From Octopus vulgaris (lineage: Eukaryota), in contig OX597815.1 in assembly GCA_951406725.2 (NCBI GenBank), forward strand, positions 35,546,001 to 35,608,000: a stretch of DNA of 62,000 nt, read 5' to 3'. How positions within the stretch are numbered: the stretch's first letter is position 1; the number at the start of each line of letters is the position of its first letter. Shown here in pieces: positions 36,618 to 50,668 of the stretch. The notes under the pieces are model-generated. The model did no database searches and was not told the origin of the DNA. It worked only from the letters and a program-made list of their open reading frames with translations. The position numbers and the translations under genes are program-made.

Positions 36618-39600
36618 TATATATAATATATATCTCTTTTCTTTTACTTATTTCAATCATTAGACTGGCCATGCAGGGGCCATGCCTTGAAGAATTTTTA
36701 GTTGAATGTATTGACCCCCAACTACTTGCTTCTTATAAGCCTGGTACTTGTTCTACTGATCTATTTTGCTGAACTGCCAAGTTATAGGGACATAAGCACA
36801 CCATCACCGGTTGTCAAGCAGTGGGAACAGACACAAAGACACACACACATATACAAAGGGCTTCTTTTGGTTTCTGTCTACCAAATCCACTCACAAGACT
36901 TTGGTCAGCCCAAGGCTGTAGTAGAAGATGCTTACCCAGGGTGATACACAATGGGACTGAACCTGGAACCATGTGGATGGGAAGCAAGCTTCTTACCACT
37001 CAGCCACGCCTGAACCTATATATATATGAGTGTGTGTAAAGTACAATCTAAGGAAGCGAGGGAGAGTGGGCATCAGTAGTAATTGATTAAAAGGATTTCA
37101 AAGGATATCAATAAATACCATTGGCAAGAGGAGTAGAATGAAAAAAATCAACCATTTCCAGCTCTTGCTCATCAATGGAGAATAGAGAAAGATGAAGGTG
37201 TTGTAGGCCTGTTCTGTGTGGAGTAAAGTAGGAGAGGAAACTGAATTTATCGATATTCCACATGCTCTCCTCTAAATACAAGGTTGAATTATTTCACATA
37301 AAACCCTAATAACAAAAAAAAAAGGTTTGGAGGGATTGCTATATATTATGTAATTCATAACAAACTATTGGATAACACTGATGTGGTTGTTTAAGCCAGT
37401 AAAATATATCAATCAGAAGTAATCAATACAGCAGAGAAAGAGCTTCATAAAGAAACAACTGAAAGAAGAAAGCCTCAAGATTTATTGTCAATAGAAACCT
37501 CAACTCAATGGATGGGGAAAATGAATGATTGATATAGTGGGTGGTGGTAGTGGTGGTGGCAGCAGTGGTTGTGGTGGGCGGAAGAGGAGGAGGAGGTTGA
37601 GTGAGTGGTGGTGATCATATTGTTTAGATTAAGTTTAGCCTTGATTTAGGAAATCTTTGATCAAAAGGCATTCCAGCTTTGACCACCACTCTGCCTTGTT
37701 TTCGGAAATAGTGTATCTTGGAGTACATTGTCTGATGTATACTTTCTTTTTCAAGATGGTAAGATGTAGCTGCTATTTCTGGGAGACCAAATGACCCTTT
37801 AAAAGCTACCTTGTATTGGTGAATATGATGGTGGTGTTGGTGATGTTGCTGCTGCTGATGATGATGATGAATGAATGAATGAATATTCACTGTACTCAGT
37901 TACTTCACTCCTTATTCCAAAAGTAATGTTGCACAAGAGAGTAAAAACAATATATGCCTAAGCCAATGAGGAGGCCTCTACAAAGTCACTCAGTCTGCTA
38001 GAAATAGCAGCTAAATTCCTCTTTTATCTGATCCTACTATCTTTAAAAAAATGAAGTGGGGAATGATGCCAGCTAGATAATCTTTTATCATAATTCTCTT
38101 CAACCAGGTTTTATCTAGGTTAACCTGTAGAAGCTATCACATTAATGCAAATTTAAGAGATTAATATTCTGTGTTGATAAAATATCATGCCATATAAAAC
38201 CTTGACTATAATTGTTTCTTATAAAGGCATAGAGTCTAAAACAGATTAAAGAGGAGATATGCTAAATTTTGATGACCTGGCATAGCAGTATCAGCTATAT
38301 TTGATGTAATGTCATTCAGCATTTTTGTAACACTACAGCAGTGAGATACCACTGTTGGGAAACATGCAACTATATATAATATTTTTTGTGTGTTACATCA
38401 ATTGTTTATTTCCAGCACTAAATAATACTAAACAGTGCTAAAAATCACAGACAGGATGGAGGTAGCATTGTTTGGACTCTTCACTATATGCACACACTTT
38501 AGTATATAATATGTGTGTGTATATATATATATATATCATCATCATCATCATTGTCATTTTTAAGTCTGCTTTCCATGCTAGCATGGGTTGGACAGTTTGA
38601 ATGAGGACTGGTAAACCAGAAGGCTGCAGCAGGCTCCAATCTGATCTGGCAAAGTTTCAACAGCTGGATGCCCTTCCTAACACTAACCACTCCGAGAGTG
38701 TAGTGGGTGCTTTTACATGCCACTGGCATGAGGGCCTATCAGGCGGTTCTGGCAACCACCATGCTCAAAAGGTGTTTTTTACGTGCTACCTGCATGGGAG
38801 CCAGTCTGGCAGCACTGGCAATGACCACACTCAAATGTTTGTTTTTCACGTGCCATCAGCACATGTGCCAGTAAGGCAATGCTGGCAACGACCACGGTCG
38901 AATGGTGCTTTTTACATGCCACCAGCACAGGAGCCAATCCATGGCCCTGGCAACGATCACGCTCGGATGCGCCTTTAATGTTCCACTGGCATGAGTGCCA
39001 ATCAAGCAGTACTGTCATCAGCCACGTCAGCGATTTTGATTTGATTTCACTTGCCTCAATTGGTCTTTGCAAGCAGAGTTTATTGTTCAGTGAATGAGGG
39101 GTACTCATAAGTGGGCTGGTTACATATATTATGCCATTAAGCTGGGTGTGTAAGTTGAGAGAGATGAGATGAGGAAAGTGGCAAGCTTTTGCAAGAGTTA
39201 ACTATGTGAAGTGAAGTAGTTCCACTTTATTACCAATTCCCACTTTCTTGAATTTATGGAAGCCTAACAGCAACCACCATGCTTATCTAAAATATTTAGT
39301 ACCACACAATTTATACTCCGAAATATCAACTTCATATTTTGTTGCATACAAGGCACAGGCATGGCTGTGTGAGTAAGATATTTGCTTGCAGCCAAATCGT
39401 TTCAGGTTCACCCACAATATGCAGCACACTGGACAAGTGTTTTTGATTATACCAAGTGAATTTGAGACAAAAACTGAAAGAAGCCTGTCGTATGTGTATG
39501 TGTGTGATCATCACCATCATCATTTAGCATCTGCTTTTCGTGCTGGCATGGATTAAACAGTTTGACTAAAACTATTATGCTGGAAGCTGCACCGGGTTCC

Positions 39601-40172
39601 AATCTAATTTGGCATGGCTTCTACAACTGGATGCCCATCCTAACGATAGAGAGAATAGTGATGGTGATGATGATGGCAGAAATGCTAGTAAGGAAAATTA
39701 TTTTTAACATAAACATGTCACAAATTTAAATAGCGACTAGCCACCTTAATAATAATAATAATCATCATCATCGTTTAACGTCCGCTTTATATATATATAG
39801 CTATGTAGTTCAGAAGTTTACTTCCCAACCATGTGGTTTTGGGTTCAGTCCCAACATGGCACCTTGAGCAGGTGACTTCTACAATAGCACCTGAACAACC
39901 AAAACCTTGTGAGTGGATTTGGTTGATGGAAACTGCAAGAAAAGCTCATTGGATATAAATAAATGTGTGTGTGTGTGTGGAGGGGTGTATGTATACTTGC
40001 ATGTGTGTGTTTGTCACTCCTTGTCTTGACACCAATGGATAGATATAGCAAGTATTGCTGCCATACAAGTAGAGTCTTTAATAAAACATGTCAGGTAATG
40101 GAGAAATAATACCTTGTGGCAACAAAAAGTGCATCAAGGCATAGAAAATCTACCTCAATAAATCCCATCAGA

Positions 40173-40211
<39 letters not shown>

Positions 40212-40759
40212 TCCGGTCGAACCGTCCAACCCGTGCTAGCGCGGAAAACGGACGTTAAACGATGATGATGATGATATATATATGTGGAGGCGCAATGGCC
40301 CAGTGGTTAGGGCAGCGGACTCGCGGTCGTAGGATCACGGTTTCGATTCCCAGACTGGGCGTTGTGTGCGTTTATTGAGTGAAAACACCTAAAAGTTCCA
40401 CGAAGCTCCAGCAGGGGGTGGTGGCAATCCCTGCTGTACTCTTTCACTCTTTCTTCTGTTGACCTGCTCGCTTAGCCAGCAGGCAGGCATGTATGTATGT
40501 GTGCATTTATGTCTTCCCAAAGTCAATGTTCATACAAACAGTGTCATTTGTTTGCAACCTTCCATGGAAATATATCCAGCCATTGAGTTGTTCATTGTTT
40601 GATTGCTTGAAGGACTCAGGGGAAATATCACCTTGCTTGTAAACAGGCAAGGGATGGTGACAGGTAGGGTGTGCAATCATAGAAATTTTGCTTCATATGT
40701 CTGACCCATGTAAGCGTAAAAAAGTGGATACTGAAATGATGATGATGACTAGAAGGAGG

Positions 40760-40816
<57 letters not shown>

Positions 40817-40839
40817 TTTTGTATGTATGTATTTTCCAG

Positions 40840-40946
40840 TGTTTAATGATATTGAAAACTATGCCCCTGGATTTAAATCAAGCATCATTGGATATGACCT
40901 ACTGGCTCCACCAGACCTTGAAAGTACTTTTGGACTTACAGGAGGG
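40840..40946 (+). CDS. PYROXD2: PYROXD2 coding exon 14
   Basis: [35 protein letters not shown]; TTCCAG| and |GTGAGT. Confidence 0.97.
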
Positions 40947-41011
40947 GTGAGTTTTATTTACTATGTTTGTAGAAACTAAATCAAATCTACTAATCTCTAG
41001 CACAACCTTGT

Positions 41012-41053
<42 letters not shown>

Positions 41054-41274
41054 TATTAAGGCAGTGAGCTGGCAGAATTGTTAGCATGCTGGATGAAATG
41101 CTTAGCTATATTTTGTCTGTCGCCATGTTCTGAGTTCAAATTCCACCAAGGTCGACTTTACCTTTCATCCTTTCAGGGTCAATAAATTAAGTACCAGTTG
41201 CTGGGGTTGATGTAATCAGCTATCTCCTCCCCCCCCCCCAAATTTCAGACCTTGTGCCTATAATAGAAAGGAGT

Positions 41275-41877
41275 ATTATATAAAAACTCACAGCTTATTT
41301 TACTGGGTATGATGAGAAGTGTCAGCTGTCCACAGCTAGCAGACTAAGGTGACACTTGTTTACTAGTCATGCTCCAAGAACCCTGCGAAGAATTCTTGCA
41401 GTTCCAAGCAATGCTGATTTTTGTAAGTGTTCTACTTTCACACTTGCATCAGTCTTTTTCAGCCATGTTGGCAGCTGAGTGCTGATACTTCCAAGTGCAC
41501 CAATTACTACTGGTATCACGTCTACTCTCTTCATTGACCACAACCTTCGTATTTCCCACTTTAAATTGTTATAGTTGTTTATTTTTCTTCTTCTTTCACA
41601 TTGATCCTGTCTTCACGGGGGCATGCTATGTTGATAATCATGTTCTTTCTTTTTATTCACCACAACAATGTCTGGTTTCCTATGTCTGGTCAGGTGATCG
41701 CACTGGATCATTACATCCCACAAGATTTTGCAGTTCCCATTTTCAGTGACTCCTTCTGGGGATTGTTCATACCACATCTTTGCTCCTTGTAGGCCATGAT
41801 TTCCACAGAGCTCCCCATGGGTCATTTTTGCTACATTGCCATGGCGTCGTTTGTATTCACATTGTGCCAATTTTGGA

Positions 41878-41878
<1 letters not shown>
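41275..41878 (-). mobile_element. R4/Dong-like non-LTR retrotransposon 3' end (restriction-like endonuclease)
   Basis: YKRRH.NVAKM.H.ELC..WYE..PEGVTEN..KILWDVMIQCDH..RHRKPDIVVV..IACP..LKWEIRRLWSMKRVDVIPVVIGALG..LQKSALLGTARILRRVLGA*. The 5' end abuts (ATT)n at 41881-41911. Confidence 0.88.
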
Positions 41879-41912
<34 letters not shown>

Positions 41913-43974
41913 GAATCATAACCTATCTTGGGATATCATCATAAAGGGTGGCAGATGGATTTTAGCTATATCTTTATATTTTTTTTGAGTTCATACCCTG
42001 CTGAAGCTGGCATAACTTTTATCCCATTTTCAAATATGTACCAATAAAATAAACTTGTTCTGCTCTTCAAAATCTACAGCTTTGTTTCAATATAAAAATT
42101 CTTTGATAGAACCTTTATATAAGGTGATGGATTAGCAGTAATGAGCACGTTGGAAAAACAGTATTTGTTCCAGCTCTTTATGTTCTGAGTTCAAATCCTC
42201 CCATGATCAGTTTTGTCTTTCACCCCTCCAGGGTTGATAAAGTTAAATCAATATCAGTCAAGTACTAGAGGTAATAGTTTCAAGTAACCCCTCCCCTCAA
42301 AACTATTGGCCTTGTGTTTAATTTATAAAAAAATTATTTGAACCTTTTGTAAGTGATGGAAGCAGTCAGACATTAATCTAAATACTTTAGAGACATCAAA
42401 CAATATTACTTGCTTATTTAATTCTGGTGCTTTACATTCTGAGATCAAATCTTACAAAGGCTGACTTTATCTTTTGGGGTCAATAAAATAAAATACCTGT
42501 CAAGCAACTAGAGTTGATTTCATTGACTATATGCTCCTTTAGAATTCTGGTCTTGGGCCAATAGTTTGAGTTCATTTCCATTCAGAGTCTACTCTATTTT
42601 CCATCCCTGCAGCCTCAATAAAATACCAAAAAATATGTTATGGTCAAATTTATTAAATAATATTTTTATATTAAAACAATTAGTGAAGGGACAGACAAAA
42701 ACACTGGAATGTTAAAGTATGTGTCAAGTTGTATTTAATTTCATACGTCAACATTTTAATTTCAAATCCCACTGGAATCAATTTTCAGCCTTTTATCTTC
42801 TAAAAGTCACTAAAATAAGTACCAAATACATGATGTAATTGACTTAAATGACATTACCCATCCCTACACATCTTTGGCCCTGTGCTGAAACTAAATATTA
42901 TCTAAGCATTCTTCTGCCTCAATAATGATTTCTAACAGTCAAAATTGCCATATATCATAAGGAAAGAAAGCAAGTTATTGATGAACCCCATTATTTAAGA
43001 GTATTCAACATTACAGGTTACGTCAATACAATTTTGACATATTGTTTTATATGTTAAAATTCCATCATGAAGCCAATTATTAAATGAAATACAATATTTC
43101 AACAGAGCTAATTCATTGTGCTAAGAGAAAAACCACAGTTCAAGGTCACTGGTGAAAGTTTGCATTGGCAAAACTACTTAATAAGATTCATAAAACAAGG
43201 AGGGGATCAGTTTTGATATTTCTCATCTCATCCATGTGTATACTAGTTTTTTGAACCGGTACATGTTAACCCTGTGTTGTAGGAAGTTGTATTAGGAAAG
43301 GCATCCTGCTATAAACCAATGTCCCACAAAAGTTCAATCTTGTTCATCCTGGCACAGGAAAGCAGACATAAAAACAATGACTTTGTCACAAGTACCATCG
43401 ACTATAACAAATATTCTCCTCACAAACTTAATTTATGAATGTTATGTCATAGAGTAGTTTCCACTGTTAAATGAAATAGTATATTCCTTTGAATATGCTA
43501 TGATATGCTGTTTATTTACACTACTGTAGATTTGGCTTCTCTTAACCATTTTACCCAAGTAGTGATATTCGTGAATAATGAACTTCCCCTTTCCCTCATA
43601 CTTTTACTCCTCATCTTCTAGTGTACAGCTGTTCCTTTGGAGTTCATAGTGTTGCAAGTTGCATTGCAACCTCAGTAATGCTGGTGGTATGGAAAAGTAT
43701 CTAATACACACTATAAAGTGGTTGGTATTTGGAAAGGCATCCATCTGTAGAAACCATGCCGAAGCAGACACTGCAATACAATGCAGTCTTTGGCCCCATC
43801 AGATCCCTTCAAACTATTCAACCCATGCCAGTATGGAACATGTACATTAAATTATGATGGTGGTGATGATGATGAACCCTTACACACTAACATGTAATAG
43901 ATATGATCCAATGACCAACAGATATTTACTAATATATGTTTATTTATATGTACTAATTTTCAAATGCTTTTCAG

Positions 43975-44095
43975 AACATTTTCCATGGTTCTATGAGTCT
44001 TGACCAGCTATATTCTGGTAGGCCAACAACTTCCTTGTGTGGTAACAAATCTCCTGTGTCTGGCCTCTATCTTTGTGGCAGTGGTGCACACCCAG
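43975..44095 (+). CDS. PYROXD2: PYROXD2 coding exon 15
   Basis: [41 protein letters not shown]; TTTCAG| and |GTATGT. Confidence 0.97.
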
Positions 44096-44302
44096 GTATG
44101 TTTATTTTTTGACTGGAAGCTTACCTATATGATACAAAGCATTTGTAGTAATATTCAATCATTCTTTAATGAATTGGCAATTTTAAACTTACAAAGATTA
44201 TGAGAAATTGAGATAAAAATCTTGCCTGTTATTTTGTCTTTTATTCTTCATCTAACTTCTATGATTTTTAGGTATTTATTTAATATTTTATCTTTGATTT
44301 AG

Positions 44303-44376
44303 GTGGAGGTGTGATGGGTGCAGCTGGGAAACTTGCCGCTGAAAAACTTCTGAAAGATCTGAAGAAACTAAAGTGA
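44303..44376 (+). CDS. PYROXD2: PYROXD2 coding exon 16 (terminal)
   Basis: (G)GGVMGAAGKLAAEKLLKDLKKLK*; TTTAG| acceptor, TGA at 44374-44376. Confidence 0.97.
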
Positions 44377-44513
44377 AAACAATTCTTTTCTCTTCTAGTG
44401 TGAGATGAGGAAAATTTTAGTCTTCTGTTATAATTCCTTTGACACTTAGGATGCACAGAAGGAATATTAACTAACTACAGTATTTAGCTGATATTTTCTT
44501 TCATCAGCTCCAG

Positions 44514-44519
44514 AATAAA
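44514..44519 (+). terminator. Candidate polyadenylation signal of PYROXD2 (second candidate at 44633-44638)
   Basis: AATAAA hexamers 138 and 257 nt after the stop. In AT-rich DNA this is weak evidence on its own. Confidence 0.35.
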
Positions 44520-47500
44520 AGCAAAGATTGACCTCCAGCTCACAAAAGGCCATAACTAAACCCTGTTAGGCATTTTGTCTGCTGCTGTAATGATTTTGTC
44601 AACTGAAAAAGCATAACTAAAAAGGATGATAAAATAAACTAATGAAAAACTGAGGGAAAAAAATAACACAAATTTAAGACCTATATGTAATATATTGATT
44701 TCTTTCAACTTGTCTCTAAGATCCTACAGTTTCATGAGTGAAGAAATATAATGCTCAGGCATTCAGGCTTTTCCCAAAGGTGCTTGCAGTTTATGTAAAT
44801 GAATCTTTGTCAGTTTCAGCAATGTATATTTCAGTTGTTTAATCAATTGAACTATCTATTGAAGACAAATGTAAGTAATTAAATGTTCCACAGACACATG
44901 TATTCATAGCATAATTCTCAAACAGAATCATCATGACACAGTATGTGACAATGACGGGCCCTTTGAATCATGAGTAAAATCCATCTGATGGGTTTCTACA
45001 ATTTCTAGCTTTTCAATTCTATTCACAGCAATGGGTCTACCAGGGATTATGGCAAAAGATACCCCACCTTGTTCAAGATGTCAATGGTTGTAAGATTGAA
45101 CCTGAGATCTTACAATTGAAACTGGAATTTCTTAGCTTATATGAAAAATAAATGGCATAAAACAAGAATCAAAACCATATTGTCATATCTGTTTACCAAA
45201 ATATAGATAGATAGAGAGAGGGGGGGAGAGAAAGAGAGAGAAATAACAGGATTTTATGAAGTAGGGGCAGGTTGGATTGATTAAATCTGTTGATCTCAAA
45301 GGAATGAAAGAGAAGGTTGGCACCAATCTATAAATTCTATAATTCAGTCTCCAAATTTTGTTGACTTGCCTTTTCATTTTTGGTTTATTAAAAATTAATG
45401 CAGCATTATGAATATTTATTGCAGACCTACGCAAACTTGTTCTAAATTAATCTAAACATAAATCTTTGATTTGTCATGTTATGTATGAGGTGGATTGTTT
45501 GACGTCAATGTTACACTGTTTTAAGTCATCCTTGTTGGCTGAATGGCTGAATTAAACATAGCATCCGACACAAAACAATAAGATGCCAACAAAGAATTTT
45601 TAATGAGCTTTTCATGATGTATCCAATGACTTAATAAATGGGTAGTTTTACAGGAAAGTCTAAATATGTCAACGTCCTACATTCTACCTTTCAAAAACTC
45701 TTGTCTTGAAAACAAAAACAATAAAAATGTTCCAGATTTTGGTCTCTGTAAGAATGAGATCATGAGTAACAGAAAACTGATATGGGAAGATATAATACAA
45801 ACTGATACTTTTCTGTTTGTATATAAATATAATACCATTCACCATCTGCTACACATGATTATGTATGATCAAAGTATTTCTCCCGCTACTACCACTAATA
45901 GCATTTCAGGGTAGAATATTAACAGAAGGGTGAATACTTGCTTTTGACTTGTTTATCAAATATCTCATGTCTGTACCCATAATTTAAAATGTGTTCTACG
46001 TAAGTAGCAACCATAGTCATGTGTTGAGTTACAAAGAAAAAAGTAAATCAAAGCAGAGAACTTGACATGCTGGTTTATATTCCCAACTGTAAACATTCTA
46101 CTTAACATTGTCAGTGTCCCTCAAAAAGTGAAAATGTGCACTCTAATTTCTCCAACTTTATATCCAAAACATGTTGCCTGTAAACAAAAATTTAGTATAT
46201 TCTATATACCTACATTGATTTGTATATCATAATAATTTATGACAATGATGCTACACTGGTATTTTGTTTTTTTAGTTTGAACCCTCAGGTCTTTTAGCTT
46301 ATACACCTCCTAGATTGATTTTGCTTTTCAACCTCTGACATCTTGAAAACAATTCCAGTTATATAATTTGAGTCAATATTACATTACCTAGTTGAAAATA
46401 CAATGTATCTGTTTCCTATAGATGATGTCATTGAAATATTTACAATAATACTTTTTCAAAAAAGTAAAAAAATTTTTTTTCATAAAATACTGATAAATTA
46501 TTAATAGTAAATGGTGGCACATAAAAATCACCATTTGAGCGTGGTCGTTGCCAGTACCGCCTGACTGGCCCTCATGCCGGTGGCATGTAAAAGCACCCAC
46601 TACACTCTCAGAGTGGTTGGCATCAGGAAGGGCATCCAGCTGTAGAAACTCTGCCAGATCAGATTGTAGCCTGGTGCAGCCATCTGGTTTGCCAGTCCTC
46701 AGTCAAATTGTCCAACTCATGCTAGCATGGAAAGCAGACATTAAATGATGATGATGATGATGATGATGTCACAAAATATGGCTTTATAATTTCAAGTTCA
46801 GTATTTTTGACATTTACGTTTTTCGTAAAGCATTTAAATAAATTTCACTAAAACTCTATAAAGCCAATACTTAACCATGTTTTATACTGCCTTTGTGTAA
46901 TTAATTGAAAATTCAAAAATTGGAAATTAGATGGTCTTTCAACCATTTAATTTTGTGAAATTAGATGGTTGAAAGACAAACCTCAGTGTTCCACAGCTGA
47001 CATTCCTCTACAGATAGTATTTATCTCCACTCAAACGTGAATGTTCTATTAGAAGAAACTTTATTGCGTTAGTTACCACAAGGGAAGCTCTTATATTGTC
47101 TTTGGGTACAAAATGCACTCTTGTTTATATCACTAGTGGGGAATTAGATCCCTGCTACCTCCAACTCTGAGACCACCAAATCACGTGATTTTGACCTTGT
47201 TTGGTCTTGTCAGGCAGCATATGGATAAGGACAGCTGCATAAAGGGCTGAGCTCTAATTGTGGAGGGTACCTGTGGAAGGGGTAGACCCAGGATGATGTG
47301 GGACGAAGTGATGAAGAAGGATCTCTGGATGCTGAGTCTCACTGAGGAAATGACAAGGGGCTGGGAGTTGTGGCAATTAGCTGTACTTGATAAGATGCAT
47401 CAAGCTAAGTAAAAATGCTGTCTTCCACACATACAGGTTTGTCTTTTCAGATGCTAGTGCCATTTAAAAAGCACCCATAAGGATGCTGCATTAACACACG

Positions 47501-48454
47501 TGTGTCAGTACTGCATAAACGCACCCAGCAATTGGCATTAGGAAGGGCATCCAGCCATAGAAACTATGCCTCAGTTGGAGTCCAATAGGCTCCCTGCTCA
47601 CCAGCTCCATGTCAAACTGTTCAACCCATGCCAGCATGGAGAGCAGACATTAAATGAGGATGATGATGAAGGCCTGCTCACTCCCTCAATTTATACATTG
47701 TGTCTGGTGAGACTGGTGTTCTCTGAAAATGTTCAAAAACCCCAAATCCCCAGAGCATTACTGCGAGTGATTTCAAGGGAGTGGAATAGGCAAGTGTTCC
47801 AACAAACATCATCTGACATGTCAGTAAGAATACTAACTCAAAAACCTATTTTTTTATCAGCACACCTCTCACAAATGTCTCATAAATTGGAAAGCTAAGT
47901 TATCAAGATTGCAATATTTCAGTGTCATATTTCATTCAGTTACGGGGAGGGGGAATAATGTCTCATCCATTTCTGTCACATGCTTAGAGTTAAGTATTAG
48001 CTACAGACATGCTTTGGCCATATTGGAGCCTCACTAGTGGGGCATAATCAAACTTGATCAGGGGCATTTCCGAAAATATTTGCGAAGATTTTAACCATTT
48101 GCATAATTAAAAAGAAATAATAAATAAAATAAGCTAAGGGAAATAATTCAATTGCTCTGATGGCATGAATTTGGAATGACGTACGCAAGTTTTTGTTTTT
48201 TAAATTGAAATCTCCCTCGTAGTTGGAGAAAGAAAATAAAAACTTATCAGCAATTGTTAGTAACTCTCACTATTTTCGAACGAGCTGTGGTTGATTTCAT
48301 TATGCTCCTACGCTTATTAGAGTTATCCTGTTATCTCGGACTCCATCTAGCCAGTAGTAACAAAACAGATATTTGTGATTTTATTTTTTTGTCATATCAA
48401 GTCATGCGCATTTGTCTGTCAATGATTCAGCATTTATTGTCAGATATATTCTTT

Positions 48455-48848
48455 TCTACTCTAGGCACAAGGCCCGAAATTTGGTGGGAGGAGACCAATC
48501 GCTTAGATCTACACCAGTACGCAACTGGTACTTAATTTATCGACCCCGAAAGGATGAAAGGCAAAGTCGACCTCTACGGGATTTGAACTCAGAACGTAAA
48601 GACAAACGAAATACCTATTTCTTTACTACCCACAAAGGGCTAAACACAGAGGGGACAAACAAGGACAGACAAACGGATTAAGTCGATTACATCGACTCCA
48701 GTGTGTAACTTGTACTTTATTTATTGACCCCGAAAGGATGAAAGGCAGAGTCGACCTCGGCGGAATTTGAACTCAGAACGTAGCGGCAGACGAAATACGG
48801 CCACGCATTTCGCCCGGCGTGCTAACGTTTCTGCCAGCTCACCGCCTT
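48455..48848 (-). mobile_element. SINE family A dimer (one head plus two units)
   Basis: CA(G/A)ACGAAATAC junction motif at 48603 and 48787, 184 bp apart. Confidence 0.85.
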
Positions 48849-49301
48849 TATTATCATTGACTTCTTCATTCCATCTCGCCAGTTACACAAAGAGAGAGAG
48901 AGGGGGGATGTCCACCCTTTCCCCATATGCGCCGGTTTCTTTTTTACATTCTTGAACATCGCGCATTTGATCGAAACCTTGTCTGATTCTTATACTCGTC
49001 CAGTTGTGGGACTGTAGATTAATTTATCTATTTAAGTGACAGATGATAAAGCTTAGTTAACCGTTGAAAAATAACCTGTTTACGAGTCAATACTGAGCAC
49101 TTAACTTCAATGACTGCCACTTTGTAAAATGTTCCGGTGTAGGTTGTTTCTTTATGATATTTTAATGTTGAGGAATATTTGGAGAATAAGTGAAATGGGT
49201 ATTGAAGTATTGGTGTGATGTTAATCAACGTGATGTCCTATAATCAAATCAACTCCAACGTTGTTTAGATAACATTTATATTAACAGAAGTGTATCACAA
49301 T

Positions 49302-49677
49302 ACTAGTAGTATCGCCCGGCGTTGCTCTGGTTTGTTTCAACACTTTTGAATTGGAATTTTTGAAAAGTAAAACTTTAGCATTATGTAGCTTGTTATTCTC
49401 TTTAAGTGAACATTTTTCTGGTTGAAATAAACCGAAAAATGGCGACACAGCAGTCAAAAAATCGTAAAAAATAGGGATTTTCATAGAAAAAACTTCACCT
49501 TTTTTATGTAAATAATTTTTGGTGTTAACATGGTCCGATTTGAATTTTATCTTCTACAGAATGAAGAGCAAGCCTTTTTCTATCATACTCTCAATTTTGG
49601 TCAACTTGCGCCGCAGGGTCTTGAAGGCTACCGAACCTGCCACACACAGACAACTTCAGCTTTATATATATATAGAT
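49302..49677 (+). mobile_element. Helitron-like/DINE-type non-autonomous element
   Basis: 5' ACTAGTAGTATCGCCCGGCGTTGCTC, 3' (CA)n then CTTTATATATATATAGAT, no TSD. The classification is inferred from terminal structure. Confidence 0.6.
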
Positions 49678-50107
49678 TTACATAATTACATAGTGGCTTG
49701 CCTATAGTGTATTGGTGATGTGCTACAAGCAAGTGTAGTTCGTAGTTGCATTACTAATAGAAAGGATTAGTTTTGCGTGAGAGGTGGGGAAAATACTTTA
49801 TCATTGTCGATGATGCTTTTTATCTGCGGTTGAAAAAACTTGTCAGTGCAACTTGTATGCACCTCTGGCTTGTTTTTCTTTAAGAATTAGCTGGTTATTC
49901 ATTTGTGCAGCGCAAGGTGAGGATATTGTGTTTGTGGTACGTGTTTAGAGAAGTGCATTGAAGGTAAAGTAATTCCTTTTAACACGTGTCTAACAGCAAT
50001 CAAGAATCCTGGAGACTTCTCGAACTTTGTGCTGACTTGGAGCAAATGCAAAAATTAATTCTACCCGAGTAAGTGAAACGAATACGTAAACGTTTAACAG
50101 TCATTGT

Positions 50108-50326
50108 TTTAAGTTAGTAGATACCACTGTGTATAAGTGGCAACAGCTCAACGAGAGTCCAGTTGTTGTTTAACTCAGTCGACTTAGACCCATTATCAAA
50201 GGCATTTCAACTACAGGAACTCCGACAGAAGTTTCATAAGGAGCATTAAAACTTCTTTTGGGATCAGGGAGAGGGAATCTCCTTTCAAACTTTGAGGAGG
50301 CGGGAGTTTTTTTTAGAGAGAGAAAG
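50108..50326. repeat. Left copy of an inverted repeat pair of about 220 bp (partner 52396-52600)
   Basis: TTAAGTTAGTAGATACCAC..GGGATCAGGGAGAGGG..GGCGGGAGTTTTTTTTAGAGAGAG is the reverse complement of 52396-52600, apart from a short indel and scattered substitutions. Confidence 0.9.
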
Positions 50327-50596
50327 AAGTCAATGAACAGGTCGCGGTCTCAAAACGACGAAAATATTTTGACAAATTAAATTTAAATGTTGAAGTGAAT
50401 CTAACGGTTTTTGTGTGTTTCTTAAATGGCTTATAAACACTTTCCACGCTGCAATTATTTTCGTTCCAGCACACGATCTCAGATCAGGTCACTTGCTATG
50501 CAAGTACATCTCCGTAAGTCATTTATTAAATGTCAGTAAATGGAAATATATTAAATGTTTTCAAATTTGGCTTTGTATCTGTTTTAGGAATGTTTC

Positions 50597-50667
<71 letters not shown>

Positions 50668-50668
<1 letters not shown>

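Larger units (their letters stand above)
7937..44376 (+). other. PYROXD2: PYROXD2 gene span (pyridine nucleotide-disulphide oxidoreductase domain-containing protein 2), 16 coding exons
   Basis: Exon lengths 151+20+94+74+156+154+62+98+142+132+73+157+155+107+121+74 = 1770 nt, with matching phases and GT-AG introns. Translation follows vertebrate PYROXD2 colinearly ([85 protein letters not shown]). Confidence 0.95.

Noticed and set aside
46080-48420. Spliced minus-strand micro-gene downstream of PYROXD2 (acceptors near 46178 and 46342, ATGCGCAT motif near 48405)
   Set aside because: Every exon combination tried gave only about 30 aa with no recognisable similarity; such splice-like signals are expected by chance in AT-rich DNA.
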